A DNA stretch of 57,413 nucleotides, the filler included, from Catajapyx aquilonaris (taxonomy: Eukaryota): NCBI GenBank assembly GCA_000934665.2. It is 3 parts of 3 records of this genome, joined end to end, with 100 filler letters (N's around TTAATTAATTAA, not from the genome) between each part and the next. Parts side by side here need not be neighbours in the genome. Positions count along the whole stretch, not along the records: positions 1 to 19,058 come from JYFJ02006537.1; positions 19,159 to 38,243 come from JYFJ02006538.1; 1 more part is not named here. One strand, written 5' to 3'. The position numbers and the translations under genes were made by a program. The notes below the pieces were generated by a model. The model was not told where the DNA came from. It saw only the letters and a program-made list of their open reading frames with translations, and searched no databases. Shown piece by piece: positions 12,801 to 26,105 of this stretch. The first letter of the stretch is position 1, and every line of letters starts with the position of its first letter.

Positions 12801-15800
12801 CGTAGTACCTTCCTCCCTTATTACCTCATCTCGAGCATATTATCCAGAACATGTAACTGGTGATTCCGCCAGCGAGGACTGCAGAGAAGTTCTCTCAGCA
12901 ACTGTTAGCAGATTCTTATTTGGAGGTGATATCACAGCCTGCTACCAGTACTAAAATACCCATTACACTTCCAGTCCTGTCAACAAATGGGAAAAATATG
13001 TTATACGACTTCTTCAATAATTTGTCCCATTTTTGAAATTTTCACCCGTCTTATTTTGACACACAAGCTGAAAGGAGGCAAAGAGCAATGAGTCGAATTT
13101 ACTAGTGAAGTAGAATTCCGCCTAATTGTGGCCTAATTCGATGATATCAATTATTCATCTGACGCAGATCTGACGTATAGGGCTACTACATTTTGTTGCT
13201 ACTGGTAATGGGGTGTTGAGGTTCAGGTTGCTCTTGGAGGATTTGACCAATCTTTCTTCGTGTGCTCCATCTGACAGGAGTAAGGTGGCACCGGTTTTAG
13301 CCCCTATTATGAAGTCATTCTCCACTTTGTAAGTCTTACCATTAGTGAATGCCTTTGTGGCCGTGGGGGGAGGGGTAATGGATAGCATTGGAGGTGGCAA
13401 TATAATACATAATACATTGAGTTCAGATGACTGGACTATGTATAATAATAATAATAGATGTCTGCTACAATAGATGTCGCTGGAGGTGATAGATCAGCAT
13501 ACTCCACCTGGGAGGTTTCGTACAATACGATACGCCTAAACATGTACCATAATGCTATCTGGCGACTGTCACTACATTTCAACAATTAGCCGAAATGTGC
13601 AGATGAAAAGTATTATGGATGTTCCATTTCACTGCGACATGACACTTGAAAATAATATACAGTTGCGATAAAACTTGACTCTACAATGAAGATGATGTCA
13701 CACGCCACAAGACGCCGTTTGTAATCCTTCATTAATCTAGGCGTATGAGAACTGGGATGAACGATAGATACAGCTGACTTGTTGGACAAGATATACTTGT
13801 TGATATGTCAACCTTCAATTAGACCTTCTTCTCGATACATCACTGGTGAAACAATCGCATCCAATACACTTTCGAAACATCAGATAGAGCCCAATACTGG
13901 AAGGACTGGAAAGGAACACAATTACTGCCTACCAGAGAAGACTGGTAAGATTCCATCTCATATAATGTAGGGCTGCATTTTATGAGAGGACATAATGATG
14001 GATTACTCATAACTTGAACACCTTATATATTTCGGTTCATGACTCGTTATTTGGTTCACCACCAAAAAGTGGAAGGCTGAGGGTTTAGAAAGATCTGAGC
14101 CGGATGATCTCTGGGTGAATAAGGCTAGCGCTACATGCAACCTCACATATCCTGAAAGTGTCACAGTGTCTGGTGATAACTTCCTTAACAAAGTAGGGAA
14201 TTGGAGGGCCGGTACAGAGGTGAGAAACAAAATGATAGACTCCATTGTGAGCAATGTTTATCATATTGTTAATCTTTATGGTGGTCAGAATGATGTGTCA
14301 AAATACAAAAGTGACAGGCACAGAAAACTAGCATACAGCAATGGTGGTGTGTATGTGGCTCCTGAAAAAGTGAAACTGCCTGGGGATAAGTGGGGTTATT
14401 TTGTACCCCTCATGCCACTGATACATAGTTTGATGAAGAATGAGAATATTTTAGATGCATTTAGGAAACCTGAGGAAAAGAAGGCCTCCCAAGCAGATTT
14501 TTTGATGTCTTGATGGTTTCAGGTATACCAGACATCAAGTACTGCAGGATCACCATTACAAAAATGTTAATGATGTTGACTTGTGCAATGCTTTGGGTAT
14601 GAAGCGTGCCCGGAGGGGAAAGTTGACCTTTTTTTTACATTATGTTTCTCAATGAACCTGTCCGTATGAGATCAAAACTAAGCCACATATATTTGCTAGC
14701 AGTTGCTGAAACTTGAACACCTGGAATATGCATATATCCATCTACATCTCCCACTCAGTTCCATGAAAAACAACAATAATCACAATAACAAAATACATGT
14801 ATACCGTATATGAAATCTGCAGGTGCCTACGTAGAAGAAATCATATCATTTGTGGCGGAAGAACTGGGGCAAACCTACGACTACGTACGTGACGCAACAA
14901 AAAGAGCTCTCCTGAAAGCACTAAATGAGGATGTCCTTTCTCTACAATAAAATAATTCCACAATATTACGCAGCGCGAAGAAAGCCAGGAAGACGACCTC
15001 CCCAAAACGAAGGAAGCCAAAGAAGAGGAAGACCAAACGCAGGAAACTGCTGGGAAGGAACCGCCAAATCCTGGAACATATGAAAGAAAAAATATATATA
15101 TACAAGACCACAGCATGGGAAAAGGATTAAAAATGGGTCTATATGTGCAGAAAGCGACATTCTCCCGAAATATTTGGAAATATGAAAATCTGAAAATATC
15201 GATAACTTCACATCGTAAACGATGAATAAGGCGACTGCTAATGTTTTTCAATTTAAATATATTTCACCTATTTATCTGTACCGATTTGGCTACAATGGAG
15301 GTAGGCTATTGCTGATTTGTTTTTCGCATATCCTATACCTACATCTTAATACTTGTTTTCCATTTCGTTGAATGTGTCTCGAACCCACGTCTTTCGTTTA
15401 GTAGTCTCCTATGGAATCATTTCTGCCAAACTACAATTCATGGAAAACTTAAAATTGAGAGGAGTTCTCATGTTATGTAGGCTCTAAACGTAGTATATTT
15501 GTTCACTAGGTGGGGTTGCGAATTGAGTGATCGATAGTAGGGGCCAATAATATATGATTCTCAATTTCTTAGTCTCGTGTTAGTCATTAGTGCAGTGGTT
15601 CCCAACTCGGGGGGGTGAGGCCATGAGAAATAAGTAAAAATATGTAATATGCTTGCGCTTGGAGCTGCTGGAAATATGAAGGGGCCAACTTTTCTACTTG
15701 TATAAGGGGTAGTCAGCGAGCGAGTCCCGCTCCTGACCAGTTCTGAAATGGGTAGCATACAGTAACATATGATCTGGAGTCATTTGTAACCTCGATATTA

Positions 15801-18450
15801 TGATCGTTAACATGAGATTACCTCAAATAATTCCAGGGCTAAGTTGGATTACCATAAACACTGCTTTACAGAAGATCTCAGAAATTCAGATGAACAACAT
15901 TACGCCTGTCTCTCAAATTTGCGTCAATCTGAAGCGGAAGACAAGGAGGGTAACAAGTACTCTCAGATTCAGGAGCTGTAATGATCTCAAATGATTATAG
16001 GAGACAACACACAACTTCAAGCCCCATGTCCCAATCCAATAGCATGCTAGCTTCACTTGCAAGTTAAAGCAAATACTGGTGCATTACGGAACCATGCTGT
16101 AATGATGCTTCCGGAATATAATGTCTATGCTTAAGTGAAGCAGTATCTCTCATGTGGATTATAGATAATATATCCGACACCTTCCTGCTACGAAAGCAAC
16201 ATAGTCTGATCATTGTTAGTGCCTTTTGATATTTAATGAAAAGGTTTTCCTCAGTTCAGTAATTTTACATTCTGTCAACTGAGAACCAATACTATATCTG
16301 GGATTAACACACCACAAACTGACACCTGCAGCTAATCATACTCGATTGTAAACGACATAACTGTAACATTATCACACTTGACCCAACTGACTAGGAAGCA
16401 GCACGTATGAGCTACTTTTCAGTAATAAATTCAATGAGGACGGTGTTGGCTGCATAGGAAAACATTACTCCATGTTGAATTCAGGACACTGAAAGCACCT
16501 TCACCCATCTATTCCATACAATTGGTAACTTTAGACGGTACCACAACATGGACCGGTTTCCTCTACTCAGTTCGTCCAGGAACTGTCTGAAGATTCTTAA
16601 TCACAAGTGTCATCACAGCCACTATCACACCAAACTAAATACCCATGACACCTCCAATTAATCAATTCATTAATCTACGTGTATGAGAACTGGGATGAAG
16701 GATAGATACGTGCAGGTGACTGGTTGGACAAGATATACTTGTTGAGATGTCAATTAGACCTTCTCGATACATCACTGGTGAAACAATCGCATCCAATATA
16801 ATCATGCGCGGATGCTGATCGGACATAGACCCAGTTCAGGTCTGTCAAGTGTTGGTAGTATGGCGACTCAACCTACGCGGTTGACGGCTCATACCGTTTC
16901 TGGAGTCAGGCCATGATAAACAGGATACCGCACAATTGCGTCATGACAAGTTAATCGCTAAATTTTACCAGAAACGAGGATCACCAAAGTACCCCTATTG
17001 GCTGCATCGGTTTTTCCAACACTACTACAATGTCACAGTGGATCGTAGATGATTTTCAGGTACCGGCCCGTAAAAAAAAACAAACCCCACACAATATAGG
17101 TAGGGTAGAGCTTCATGTGGACTGATGTGTTTTTCCAACAAACTTCATGGTTGTGCTATTTTCATTTCGTATCTTTCCAAGATAATGTATTCAGGCACAT
17201 TCTATTCACAACTTGAGCGACCGGGATACGAAACAAGTATAACGCCTATTATAGTCTATACCCTCATTTTTCTTCTAATAACCAGCCATGAGACACAGCG
17301 AAAGCACAAAATGCGCCGTCACTGTTAAGAATGCAAAGAACACACGATACAAAACCCGCGAAGACAGCAGCTGAAGGCGATTGTTAACGTAACTCATACT
17401 CGGATTTTTCATTGAACACTCACTTATTGTGAAACCAAGACAATGATTCAGACATATTCAGGTCGCACCATATTCGGTTCCCAAGGTCATCGACAGCACT
17501 CCTGTAACACATCCTGCTAAGAAAGCAACATAGTCTGATCAATGTTAGTGCCTTTGGATATTAATCAAAAGTTTTTCCTGAGTAAGTAATTTCACATTCT
17601 GTCAACTGAGAACCAACAATACTATCCGCGATTAACACACCACAAAGTGACCCCTGCAGCTAATCTTGCTCGATTGTAAACTACATAACTGTAACATTAT
17701 CACACCTGACCCAACTGACAAAGAAGCAGCACGTGTGAGGTACTTTTCAGTAATAAATTCAATGAGGACGGTGTTGGCTGCATAGAAAAGCAGTCGTAAT
17801 CCAAGACACTGAAAGCACCTTCGCCCATCTATTCCATCCAAGTCGTGGAAATTCTATTGCATCAGGACTCTGATGGAGGAGTAGGAATTTCACGGTGTGA
17901 TTGTAATATTGGCTATGAAGGACCTGCAGAGTCAGTCAAAAGCCCATTAGTTGTAGAAAAACACATGATGCTCACCAAGGGCTCAGAAGGCCTAACACCT
18001 AGGTCCATGTCAAATGTATACCAAACATCAGAGGACGAATATAGTAAATATATTGATGAAAACATTTCAGGAATTGTTGAAAAATTGTCGCAAAATAATT
18101 GGGCATCTGAAAACTTTCATAAAGCGGGATATAGCTCCAAATGATCCGCAATTCGGGCTACACGTTTCTTGTAAATTGGCACTTTGTAGGACAAAAGCAG
18201 TTTCATTTGTCCCGCAAAATCCGACCACACATTCCTAACTGTTTCACATTAAAACTAACTAAGTGTTGGTCTTAATTGAAGATCAAAATTGGCAACTTTA
18301 GACGGTACCACAACATGGACCGGTTTCCTCTACTCAGTACTACACAGAAGTTCTTCCAGGAACTGTCAGAAGTTTCTTAATCACAAGTGTTATCACAAGT
18401 GTTATCACAGCCACTATCACACCCAAACTAAATACTCATGACACCTCTAG
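6900..18450. repeat. Dispersed diverged direct-repeat modules of unknown origin
   Basis: Approximate pairs: 6905-7050/7910-8040; 7085-7250/8060-8210/9995-10190; 11568-11890/16052-16370; 16185-16520/17513-17836; 12128-12322/17976-18200; 13728-13868/16665-16798; 16520-16655/18288-18447. Confidence 0.8.
14115..14712 (+). mobile_element. EnSpm/CACTA (CMC) transposase relic
   Basis: WGYFVPLMPLIHSLMKN, then after frameshifts DVDLCNALGMKRARRGKL and YIMFLNEPVRMRSKLSHIYLLAVA, resembling the animal EnSpm DD.E..NPLG/HKL/N.P..RS.L..I.L motif. Confidence 0.7.
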
Positions 18451-19058
18451 TCCTGGCAACAGATGAGAAAAAGACGTTCTACGACTTCTTCAAACATTGT
18501 TGCATTTTGGAAATTTTCATCATTCTCATTTTGGTATGAAAGTTTGGCAGAGTAGCTAAAAATAGGCAGCATATATGGAAGATGAAGGTACCCTGCAGCA
18601 CTGATCAGCTGCTTCAATGTGGACAACAAGTCAAGCAAGACATTTAAGCCAAAAGACTGAGAATCTCAAGCTGCACCACTCTAGCTTGGAAGCTACAAGC
18701 AAATGGGGTAACAGGGGTCTTTGGAAGAATCACGAGTTTGGCAGTTCAGTATTACAAGATTACTGCCCTTTTAAGCAGAAGTCCGACCCCATCAAAGTCC
18801 GGACAAATCGACGACAACGACGGTACAAGCTACCCTTATCCAGTGCCACTCAAGCATATGAATAATGCAGAAGAACTTGTACAATATCAAGGTCGAGACC
18901 AAGGTACGTTATGTCTAAACCCCGCCAATGGAATGACCTGGAAGGTTTCGCTATTTTACCAATCTAATACATATTTCAAGACCTATATCTGTCTGTCTGT
19001 CTTTCTTTTGTGACCTAAACAGATCCATACGGAGGCCTCCACATATGCCCCAGGGGTA

Positions 19059-19158
19059 NNNNNNNNNNNNNNNNNNNNNNNNNNNNNNNNNNNNNNNNNN
19101 NNTTAATTAATTAANNNNNNNNNNNNNNNNNNNNNNNNNNNNNNNNNNNNNNNNNNNN
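19059..19158. other. Assembly gap spacer
   Basis: 100 nt of N with embedded TTAATTAATTAA (stops in all frames). Confidence 0.98.
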
Positions 19159-19254
19159 CCCCCCCCCCAATTATAACTCTGCCAGCGGAAGAAGTATTGG
19201 TACTGCTAAGTCACTGCTAATGAAATGTTGTCAGGTTACATGTTTTGTGATATA

Positions 19255-19945
19255 CAGGGTGGTCCAACTTTTTTGTCCGAACAGCTATTGACATATTCGG
19301 TCTAAGCTGCTTATGTTGTAGTGCGTTACCTGGCAACTCCGGCCGGCGGGCCAATTCAAACATCAGCACATGGAGACGAGTGCTTAAAAGTGTTCTTTCC
19401 ATTGTCGATTCCATATCCATATCCGGCCAAGAGCTTCCGGGGCTCTAATAATACACAATTAACCTGGTCCCATAGTGGCAGAGGAGCACCATGAGAACCT
19501 GCACATACTCCAACTCTGAGAGGTGCGACATGGTGCTCATCTACGGTCAGTGCGAAGAGAATGCCGCTGTAGCTGCCTCGGAATACGCGACGACGTATCC
19601 CAACCGGAACCACCCCAATGCCAGGTTCATCCAGCGTCAGGTTGCCCAGCTGCGAGAGCATGGAGGATTTCGACAGGAGCGACATGGAGAACGTCACAGC
19701 CGTCCTGCCAGGGACGAGGCACATGTGACTGCAATCCAGGCATATGTCACTGCCAACCCGCAAGCCTCAACACGCGACATTGGGCCACAGTGCGACTCCA
19801 GTCGTGCTACAGTGTTGAGAGTCCTCGGCGATGCTAAGTTCCACCCGTACACAAGATGCACTTGGTGCACGACTTGCGGCCGGGGGACTACCAGCGGCGC
19901 ATTGACCTATGCACCTGTCGCTTGCGTCAATGGGTCGTGACGCCG
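19255..19945 (+). mobile_element. Tc1/mariner-family transposon 5' part (DUF4817-type HTH N-terminus), truncated
   Basis: TA+CAGGGTGGTCCAAC left TIR; ORF 19491 YSNSERCDMVLIYGQCEENAAVAASEYATTYPNRNHP...LREHGGF...STRDIG...KFHPY; stops at a SINE. Confidence 0.85.
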
Positions 19946-20182
19946 CAACCTGACCTCCTGGGGGACTGCACCTGGCCCACCGCTGGACAATGCACCTGCA
20001 CATGTGTCCCCTCCCCAAATCCCCCTACCGTTACCCAATTTCCTAGTATTCCTTGCACCGGTGATCGAAGAAAAATACAAGTTGAAAACTGTATGGTGGT
20101 CTGCCACCCCCCCTATAACGACCTAGTAGTTGTATCACGGGGTAAATAAAATAAAATAAAATATAAATAAATAAATAAAATA
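19946..20182 (+). mobile_element. 5'-truncated SINE family 1 with (AAAT)n tail
   Basis: Reverse complement of the 54470-54550 core (CCTCCTGGGGGACTGCAC...); ends ACGGGGTAAATAAAATAAAA. Confidence 0.75.
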
Positions 20183-20946
20183 ATCCTAGATCATGTCAAA
20201 ATATTTTCTTATGTGTGCCCAACAACATGCACCATGTGTTAGTGAATGTGCTATCTTTTTTCTTGCTGCATGAGTAGTACTTCTCCGCATGTTGTGTAGT
20301 GATGTTCTTAAGAATTCTTACTTTCATCTTTCATGCAATATGTCATTATTTTCATCCGGTCACTCTGCAATTCATTTTTGAATGAAGATCTGATATGCAA
20401 CATGATGCAAGGCACACTAGAACCAGAGATCTTGCTAGAACAATGACGCTTTAGCATAATGTGGAGATCACTGAGTGAATTGATTTTAAAAAGAATTCAC
20501 AAACTTGTATTACAATAATTGCAATGCAACTTTGTGATCTGGCAGAAAAGCTGAACCATTACAGAAACTCATGTACTACACATGCAATTCCTACCTCCTA
20601 GCAACTAAAGTATTTGACTTGGACCATCCTGTACCTCAGATGTTCATTCATAATTGTCATGAAGCTTAACTGAATACAGAGTTCCAATGCAGTGCGTAAG
20701 GCACAGAAAGTGTAATGCAATAAGTGTCACAGAACCCACTCATATTCAATGTAGGCCTCTCGCAGAGTGCTGGTAGGTTCCTGTCTTATCTTGTAGATGC
20801 TACTTTAAGGTAAGACAGGAACCTTTTATTATAGATCATCTGTTAGCATTCTTGTGCATGAATACAGGCCCAAGGCAATTTGAACTCTGCATCTTACTTT
20901 TCTTACATTTGAAACCTTTTCACATGATCTTCTGTGCATATCTTAA

Positions 20947-22700
20947 TTGCTTTTGCATGTCCTAATTGCTTTTGCATGGCTTCATTGCACACCATTTCTC
21001 TCTTCAGCACGGCCTGCATGCGTGAAGCTCCCCATACCATGTGCTGCCATGACCATAGACACTTGCATCATTTGTGGGGATTCACCTTCTATTTTGCTTT
21101 CAATCACTGAGGCACACCAATTACATGCATACTGTAGGGCCAGTATTTGGTTGCCGAGATGTGGCTGCCTCTGTAGTTCACATGTGAGACCTGACGGAAC
21201 TTTGCAAGCTGGTGTGACATTTGACGGGGTGATCCTGGTGGCTGAAAACACAGAGGTGTCAGTGGATGAGGCTTCCCAGTTGTTCCAGGCCTTACCGTCC
21301 TATGCCCAGGCCAGGTCCTCATCCCCATCCTCATCCAATTCCATATCTTGCCTCACTTTTGATGATGATACCCTCACTGGTGATGAATACCTCACCCTGA
21401 CAGGCCTGACTGATACCCAGTTCCAGCAGCTCCTTCATAACCTGTTTGGGGTGGTCCATGAATCTCCAGGGCGTTCTGTGCGGACTGCGCTAGGTATTTT
21501 TCTGGCGAGGCTTCGAATTGGATTATCTTTGAGACAACTGGCCACTCTTTTCCGACTTCCCCTGTCCACCATCCAATACACCTGTTCCATAGTCAAAGAC
21601 ACCCTTGTGACAAAGTTTGTGCCACAGTATCTTGGTTTAGAGGTTGTGGCACGTGACATGGTCATCAGTAACCACACCTCTGTCACTTCACAAAAGTTAT
21701 TTGCTGGTGGTGAGGCAGATGTTGCCATTCTGGTATTGGATGGGACCTATATATACATAGAACGTTCTTCCGACTACCCCTCTGCTCGGCGCACCTTCTC
21801 GGTCCACAAACATAGGCCACTCGTTAAGGCAATGATGTTGGTGACAACAACAGGCTACGTAGTAGATGTGTTCAGTCCCTACCCAGCAGACGGGAAGAAC
21901 AACGATGCCCAAATCACAATTGATGTGTGTAAGGCAGGAGCACTCACTTCCTGGCTCCACGAACATGTTGTTGTCGTGGACCGTGGGTTCAGAGATTCAG
22001 CTTCTTTCTTGGCAAGTTTGGGGGTGCAGGTGGAGATGCCAAGCTTCCTGATCAAGGGGCAGCAGCAGTTTACGACAGAGGAAGCAAATAGTTCCAGATA
22101 TGTGACCAAAGTTCGCTGGGTAGTAGAGACAGTAAACGGACGCATCAAGAAGTGGACGCTTCTACTGAATGTGTTGCCTAATAGTATGGTGAGGCACATT
22201 GCAGATTTGATCAAGATCACATGTGCCTTGTGCAATGCCTTCAGGCCTGACTTCATTGCACCAGGAAAGGGGGGTGATGGTGAGGCTGTGGGCAGAGAGA
22301 TGCTGTGCAGATTTTCCCGGATCAATGAGCTCCAAGAACGTGTGCGCCAGGGTCCCCTGCTGCTGTTCCAGACTTTCCTCGTTTGGGGGAGGAGGAACTT
22401 CGTGGTCTGTGTCTGGGGGTGTACCAACTGAAACAGGCAAGGAGTTATGCTAGTGAGCATCTGAGTGAGGATGGGATCTATGAGCTGCAGGTGCATGAGT
22501 GTGCTAGTGATCTCATCCGGGTTCAGTTGCAATCGAGGCATACTTCGAGTGTGAAGTATCACACCTGGATCAGCTACCAGCCTACTGAAATTCAGGCTTG
22601 GTACTGCTCTTGCAAGGTTGGGGCAAGAACTGTCGGTTGCTGTTCACACATAGCGTCCGTCATATAGTATCTTGGGTATGCGCGGCATCTGCCTACCCCA
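20947..22700 (+). mobile_element. ISL2EU/PIF-Harbinger DDE transposase with C-terminal SWIM-type zinc finger; frameshift near 22380 and stop at 22665
   Basis: HTH-like ALGIFLARLRIGLSLRQLATLF; catalytic motifs LDGTYIYI, VDRGFRD, RWVVETVNGRIKKW; second frame ends WYCSCKVGARTVGCCSHIASV (CxC..CxH). Confidence 0.9.
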
Positions 22701-22984
22701 CCTGTCACTAGGAGTCTTCTGGGGTTTTTGTGTGATGCTGCACCGCCCTCTCGTGCATGAGCATCCACTATCAGTTCAGTTCAGTTCAGTTTTATTTTTC
22801 CTCCCTGCATCTATTACCGCATTCACAATATGTTTACAGTCATCAATCAGTCAACAATATTAATATGATGAAATACATTCAGTGAAAAAAGGGTAGTATA
22901 TAATACCTCCTTGGCAGAATGAAAGTACTGAAACAAGGCAGGCACCTGTTCACCAATTGATTTAAGCGTTACCATAGGTCTTAC

Positions 22985-23150
22985 TCATGCAATTATTCTC
23001 AGTTTATTACTGCCGAGTTGATTAGTCTGTCGGAGATTCCACCCGAGACGACGCCAGAGACGGCTCAACTCTGGATGAGATGAAGGGGGGAACCCCGGGA
23101 CCTTAACATCCGTGGGCACACATGTTACCGCAGCGCCCCTTCGCCTCCCT
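22985..23150 (-). mobile_element. tRNA-derived SINE family 2, partial
   Basis: Minus-strand GGGGAGGCGAAGGGGCGCTGCGGTAAC...GTTAAGGTCCCGGGGTTC, homologous to the head at 29960. Confidence 0.75.
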
Positions 23151-24297
23151 GACATTGCAAGACATAATTGTGTTCTTGTATCCATATAGAAAGGAACTTA
23201 CAATAAAATAATGATACATGACATTCATAATGGTATTTTTGACATGTACCCTGCCACTTTCTTGTAACTTTATTATGTAATAGTTTTCAACTGCAGACTG
23301 GGGGAATTACAGTAAGTATTGTAGACTTTTTGTATGTACATTTTCTCTTATTATTTTTAATTTTTCTTTATAATATCATTAACACTTCCTAAATGCATTT
23401 CCATAATAGACAAAGCTATGCTTGAAATACACTGATGATATATTTTTATGGTAGACCTATTTAATCTCAGCATACCGTACTGATTGTTGCATATCAATAA
23501 TTCTGCATCTTCACCACTCAAATGTCAGGATGGACTGGATGTTGCTTTGTAAGAATCACTTTTTTGGCAGTGCACTTTTACACTGGATGTAACGGCATAC
23601 TTTCAGCCTGCTAATGACTAACTTGAGTGATGCACTTTCGCACCACTTGCATTGGGCGCAAAAAGTGGCCTGTACTGTCCTTTCCTAACAGAGCACAGCT
23701 ATTTACGTATATGTAAGTAAAGCAAAGTAACAGACTTATATAGGCGGTATTTTTGAATTATACTTCCCTTGAATAACACTATAGAGTGTCTTGACAGCAG
23801 CCATTTTGAATCCAACTTCCCGACGTTGCCAAACTTCAGATGTATGCACCGCTCTAAAGATACGAGTCATTGAGCCATGTGGGTTGCCTTTCTTTGCCAG
23901 GATAACCTTGAACGGGTCCTTTCTTGAGATGGTGTTTTTTTTTAAAAAAAATATATGGTGATGGATGCTTTTGGTGTGTTGAAATGATTGTGTAGAAGTG
24001 TTGATTTGGTCGGCAAAGTGGCCGTTTCTGAAGGCCGACCAATAAATAAAGCCATTCAGTTCAGTTCACTGCTAATGAAAAGGACAAAAGTTCCACCCTG
24101 TCTTTCAAAAACTCCGTCATGCTTACATAATTTCTTTCCTACCATATTAAAATTAGGTCAGTCCTAGTGCACTTACTGTTCAGGCCTGGCACCTACAGAA
24201 ATGACATGTTTCCTAAAACACTTACAACCATCAACACCACCTCAATCACGGAATACTGCTATTTGACAAGCTTGCTTCACAATGTTTCGCATTTTCA

Positions 24298-24539
24298 GAG
24301 TCTTCTAGAAAAGTAGCAGAGGGCCATACCACGTGTCAAGAAATATATTGCCATTGAAGAGCGTAGTAGGCCTATGTGCGAAGCACTTTTCTCCAGAAGA
24401 CATAGTAACTCATGATTTGTTCACTTTGCCAGACGGCACTGTGCACATGCATGAAAGAGGACATGTCAAACTTGCTCCTGGAGCTGTGCCATGTTTCTTT
24501 GATGGGCCAAAATACTTTAACAAAGTCCGGCAAAAATGA
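24298..24539 (+). pseudogene. THAP zinc-finger fragment (P-element-type transposase N-terminus)
   Basis: LLEK*QRAIPR, then LCAKHFSPEDIV...KLAPGAVPCFF: the THAP W/CxxHF/AVP motifs, with the W codon turned into a stop. Confidence 0.8.
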
Positions 24540-25212
24540 TATCAGCTCCAAAAGAACGACTCCCCCCATCGAATCGGTAATTTCGTTGGTGCAATCGGAA
24601 ATTAAAGTGCAACAAAGAGCACAGAAGGCAGCTTACCTCAGCTATAATTACATTCTATGTAACCTGTAGAATGCACTTTGCATGCTGCGAGGCCAACCGT
24701 GTTCTGACGGAAAAAAAAGAAGAGGAGAAACGGTGGCAAACTGGCTAAGCTGGTAACATCAATGCCAATCCATTGTTCATGGCATGTTGGGACGCTGGGA
24801 TGGGAAGCCAAAGAGTACCCAACTGCCACATACTCTGTGTACAGTACCCTTTCAAAATATAAGCCAGCAGAGTCACTCATAATCTAAACCAAAACAGTCC
24901 TTAGCTCACCTAGTATCGGTATGTAGTGTAGTATATGAGTGAATGCTCTCTGACAATTCACCCCGAGACGCAAACCCCACCACCGAACTCTTGCTAAATC
25001 CTTGCTCTACAAGTGCTTTTATTAGCAAAGTTCCAACCACAAAAATGAATATTACTAGCGCTATACACCAGTCCAGTCGTGGATTGTTCGCCCAGCAACA
25101 GGTTCATATGAGAAGCACCGATCATAAGTGAATGTCGTTTCCAAATGGTTGCTTCGCTTAACATCGGTTACTGGAGCGAATTATTCCATTCCGGCTTGGA
25201 CATTTTAATTGG

Positions 25213-25569
25213 TCACAAAGCCTCGACCACCCGGACCACCCTGGACACTCCCTCCCTGCAAATGGGACACTTTCCCTTCCCCACTCCCCTGCCTTCCACC
25301 ACTCGCTGCCCGCAGGAGTAGCACGCGGCCATGTGTCCACACCCCAGGAACACGCAGTCCATCGGCGCGTCCATGCAGACCCTGCAGGAATTGGACTGGT
25401 CATGTCCATCCTCACAATGGTATGCCCTCCACAGCCAACCGGCGCTCTCGAGAAGCGTCTCCCTGCTAGGCCAGTCGCTGTCCATGTTGTGGAAGGACAG
25501 CAAACGCTTCAAGTCAGCAGGTCTCATTGACCTCAAGTCCGACTCTGATTTGATAGCGTCCAATGGGGA
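25213..25569 (-). CDS. Exon 2 of ankyrin-RING gene: RNF34/RFFL-like helical (SAP-like) region plus C3HC4 RING
   Basis: SPLDAIKSESDLRSMRPADLKRLL...CRVCMDAPMDCVFLGCGHMAACYSCG...CPICREGVSRVVRV. Acceptor TTCCAG ends at 25570; ATTAAA follows the stop. Confidence 0.85.
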   Translation of the reverse strand, partial: SPLDAIKSESDLRSMRPADLKRLLSFHNMDSDWPSRETLLESAGWLWRAYHCEDGHDQSNSCRVCMDAPMDCVFLGCGHMAACYSCGQRVVEGRGVGKGKCPICREGVSRVVRVVEAL

Positions 25570-25622
25570 CTGGAATGTGACCAGAATAAGACCAACTCAG
25601 ACGACTGTACCACCCAGCATAC

Positions 25623-26057
25623 CAGCAGTTTCTGTCTGGTCTCCTCCTTCCTCCTCCTGAGTTCCTGGTTCCAATCCAACAGGTTCCAGAGGGAGGGGCA
25701 GTGCTTCTTGGAGACCACGTCCCGAGGGGTCTTTCCGGACTTGTCCGTCTTCCCGGGGTCAGCCTCTCTCCGTAGCAGGACCCGGGTCAACTCCCCATGT
25801 CCATGTCGGGCGGCCAGATGGAGCGGGGTCACCTGGGTCACCTCCGTCGCGTCCACTGGAGCCCCGTGGTCTAGTAGGAACATGGCGAGATTCACGTGGC
25901 CATACCGGGCCGCTATGTGGAGGCCAGTCATCCCGGAGTCATTCCTGACCTGGGCCGGGTCCAGGCCGTGACCCAGCACCAGATCCATGACCTGCTCTAG
26001 CTTTCCATCCTCGCATGCAGAGAGGAATAGCTCTTGGTGTATACCACTCTGGTTCAT
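25623..26057 (-). CDS. Exon 1 of ankyrin-RING gene: about three ankyrin repeats
   Basis: LFLSACEDGKLEQV, GMTGLHIAARYGHVNLAMFLLDHGAPVD, VTPLHLAARHGHGELTRVLLRREADP, GKTPRD. Phase-0 donor GTATG at 25622. Start at ATG 26057 (or 26117 if the upstream intron is not spliced). Confidence 0.85.
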
Positions 26058-26105
26058 CTTGGAAAGAGGAGGGAACGATACAGCTTTGTTTATTTTTGGG
26101 AACGA

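Noticed and set aside
14820..15230. Lys/Glu-rich reading frame and its antisense ORFs
   Set aside because: Low complexity, with no start or domain support.
21879..22562. 227-aa minus-strand ORF
   Set aside because: Antisense shadow of the transposase.
25533..25660. Frameshifted pseudogene reading of the ankyrin and RING ORFs
   Set aside because: A canonical phase-0 GT-AG intron explains both the frame change and the in-frame TGA.
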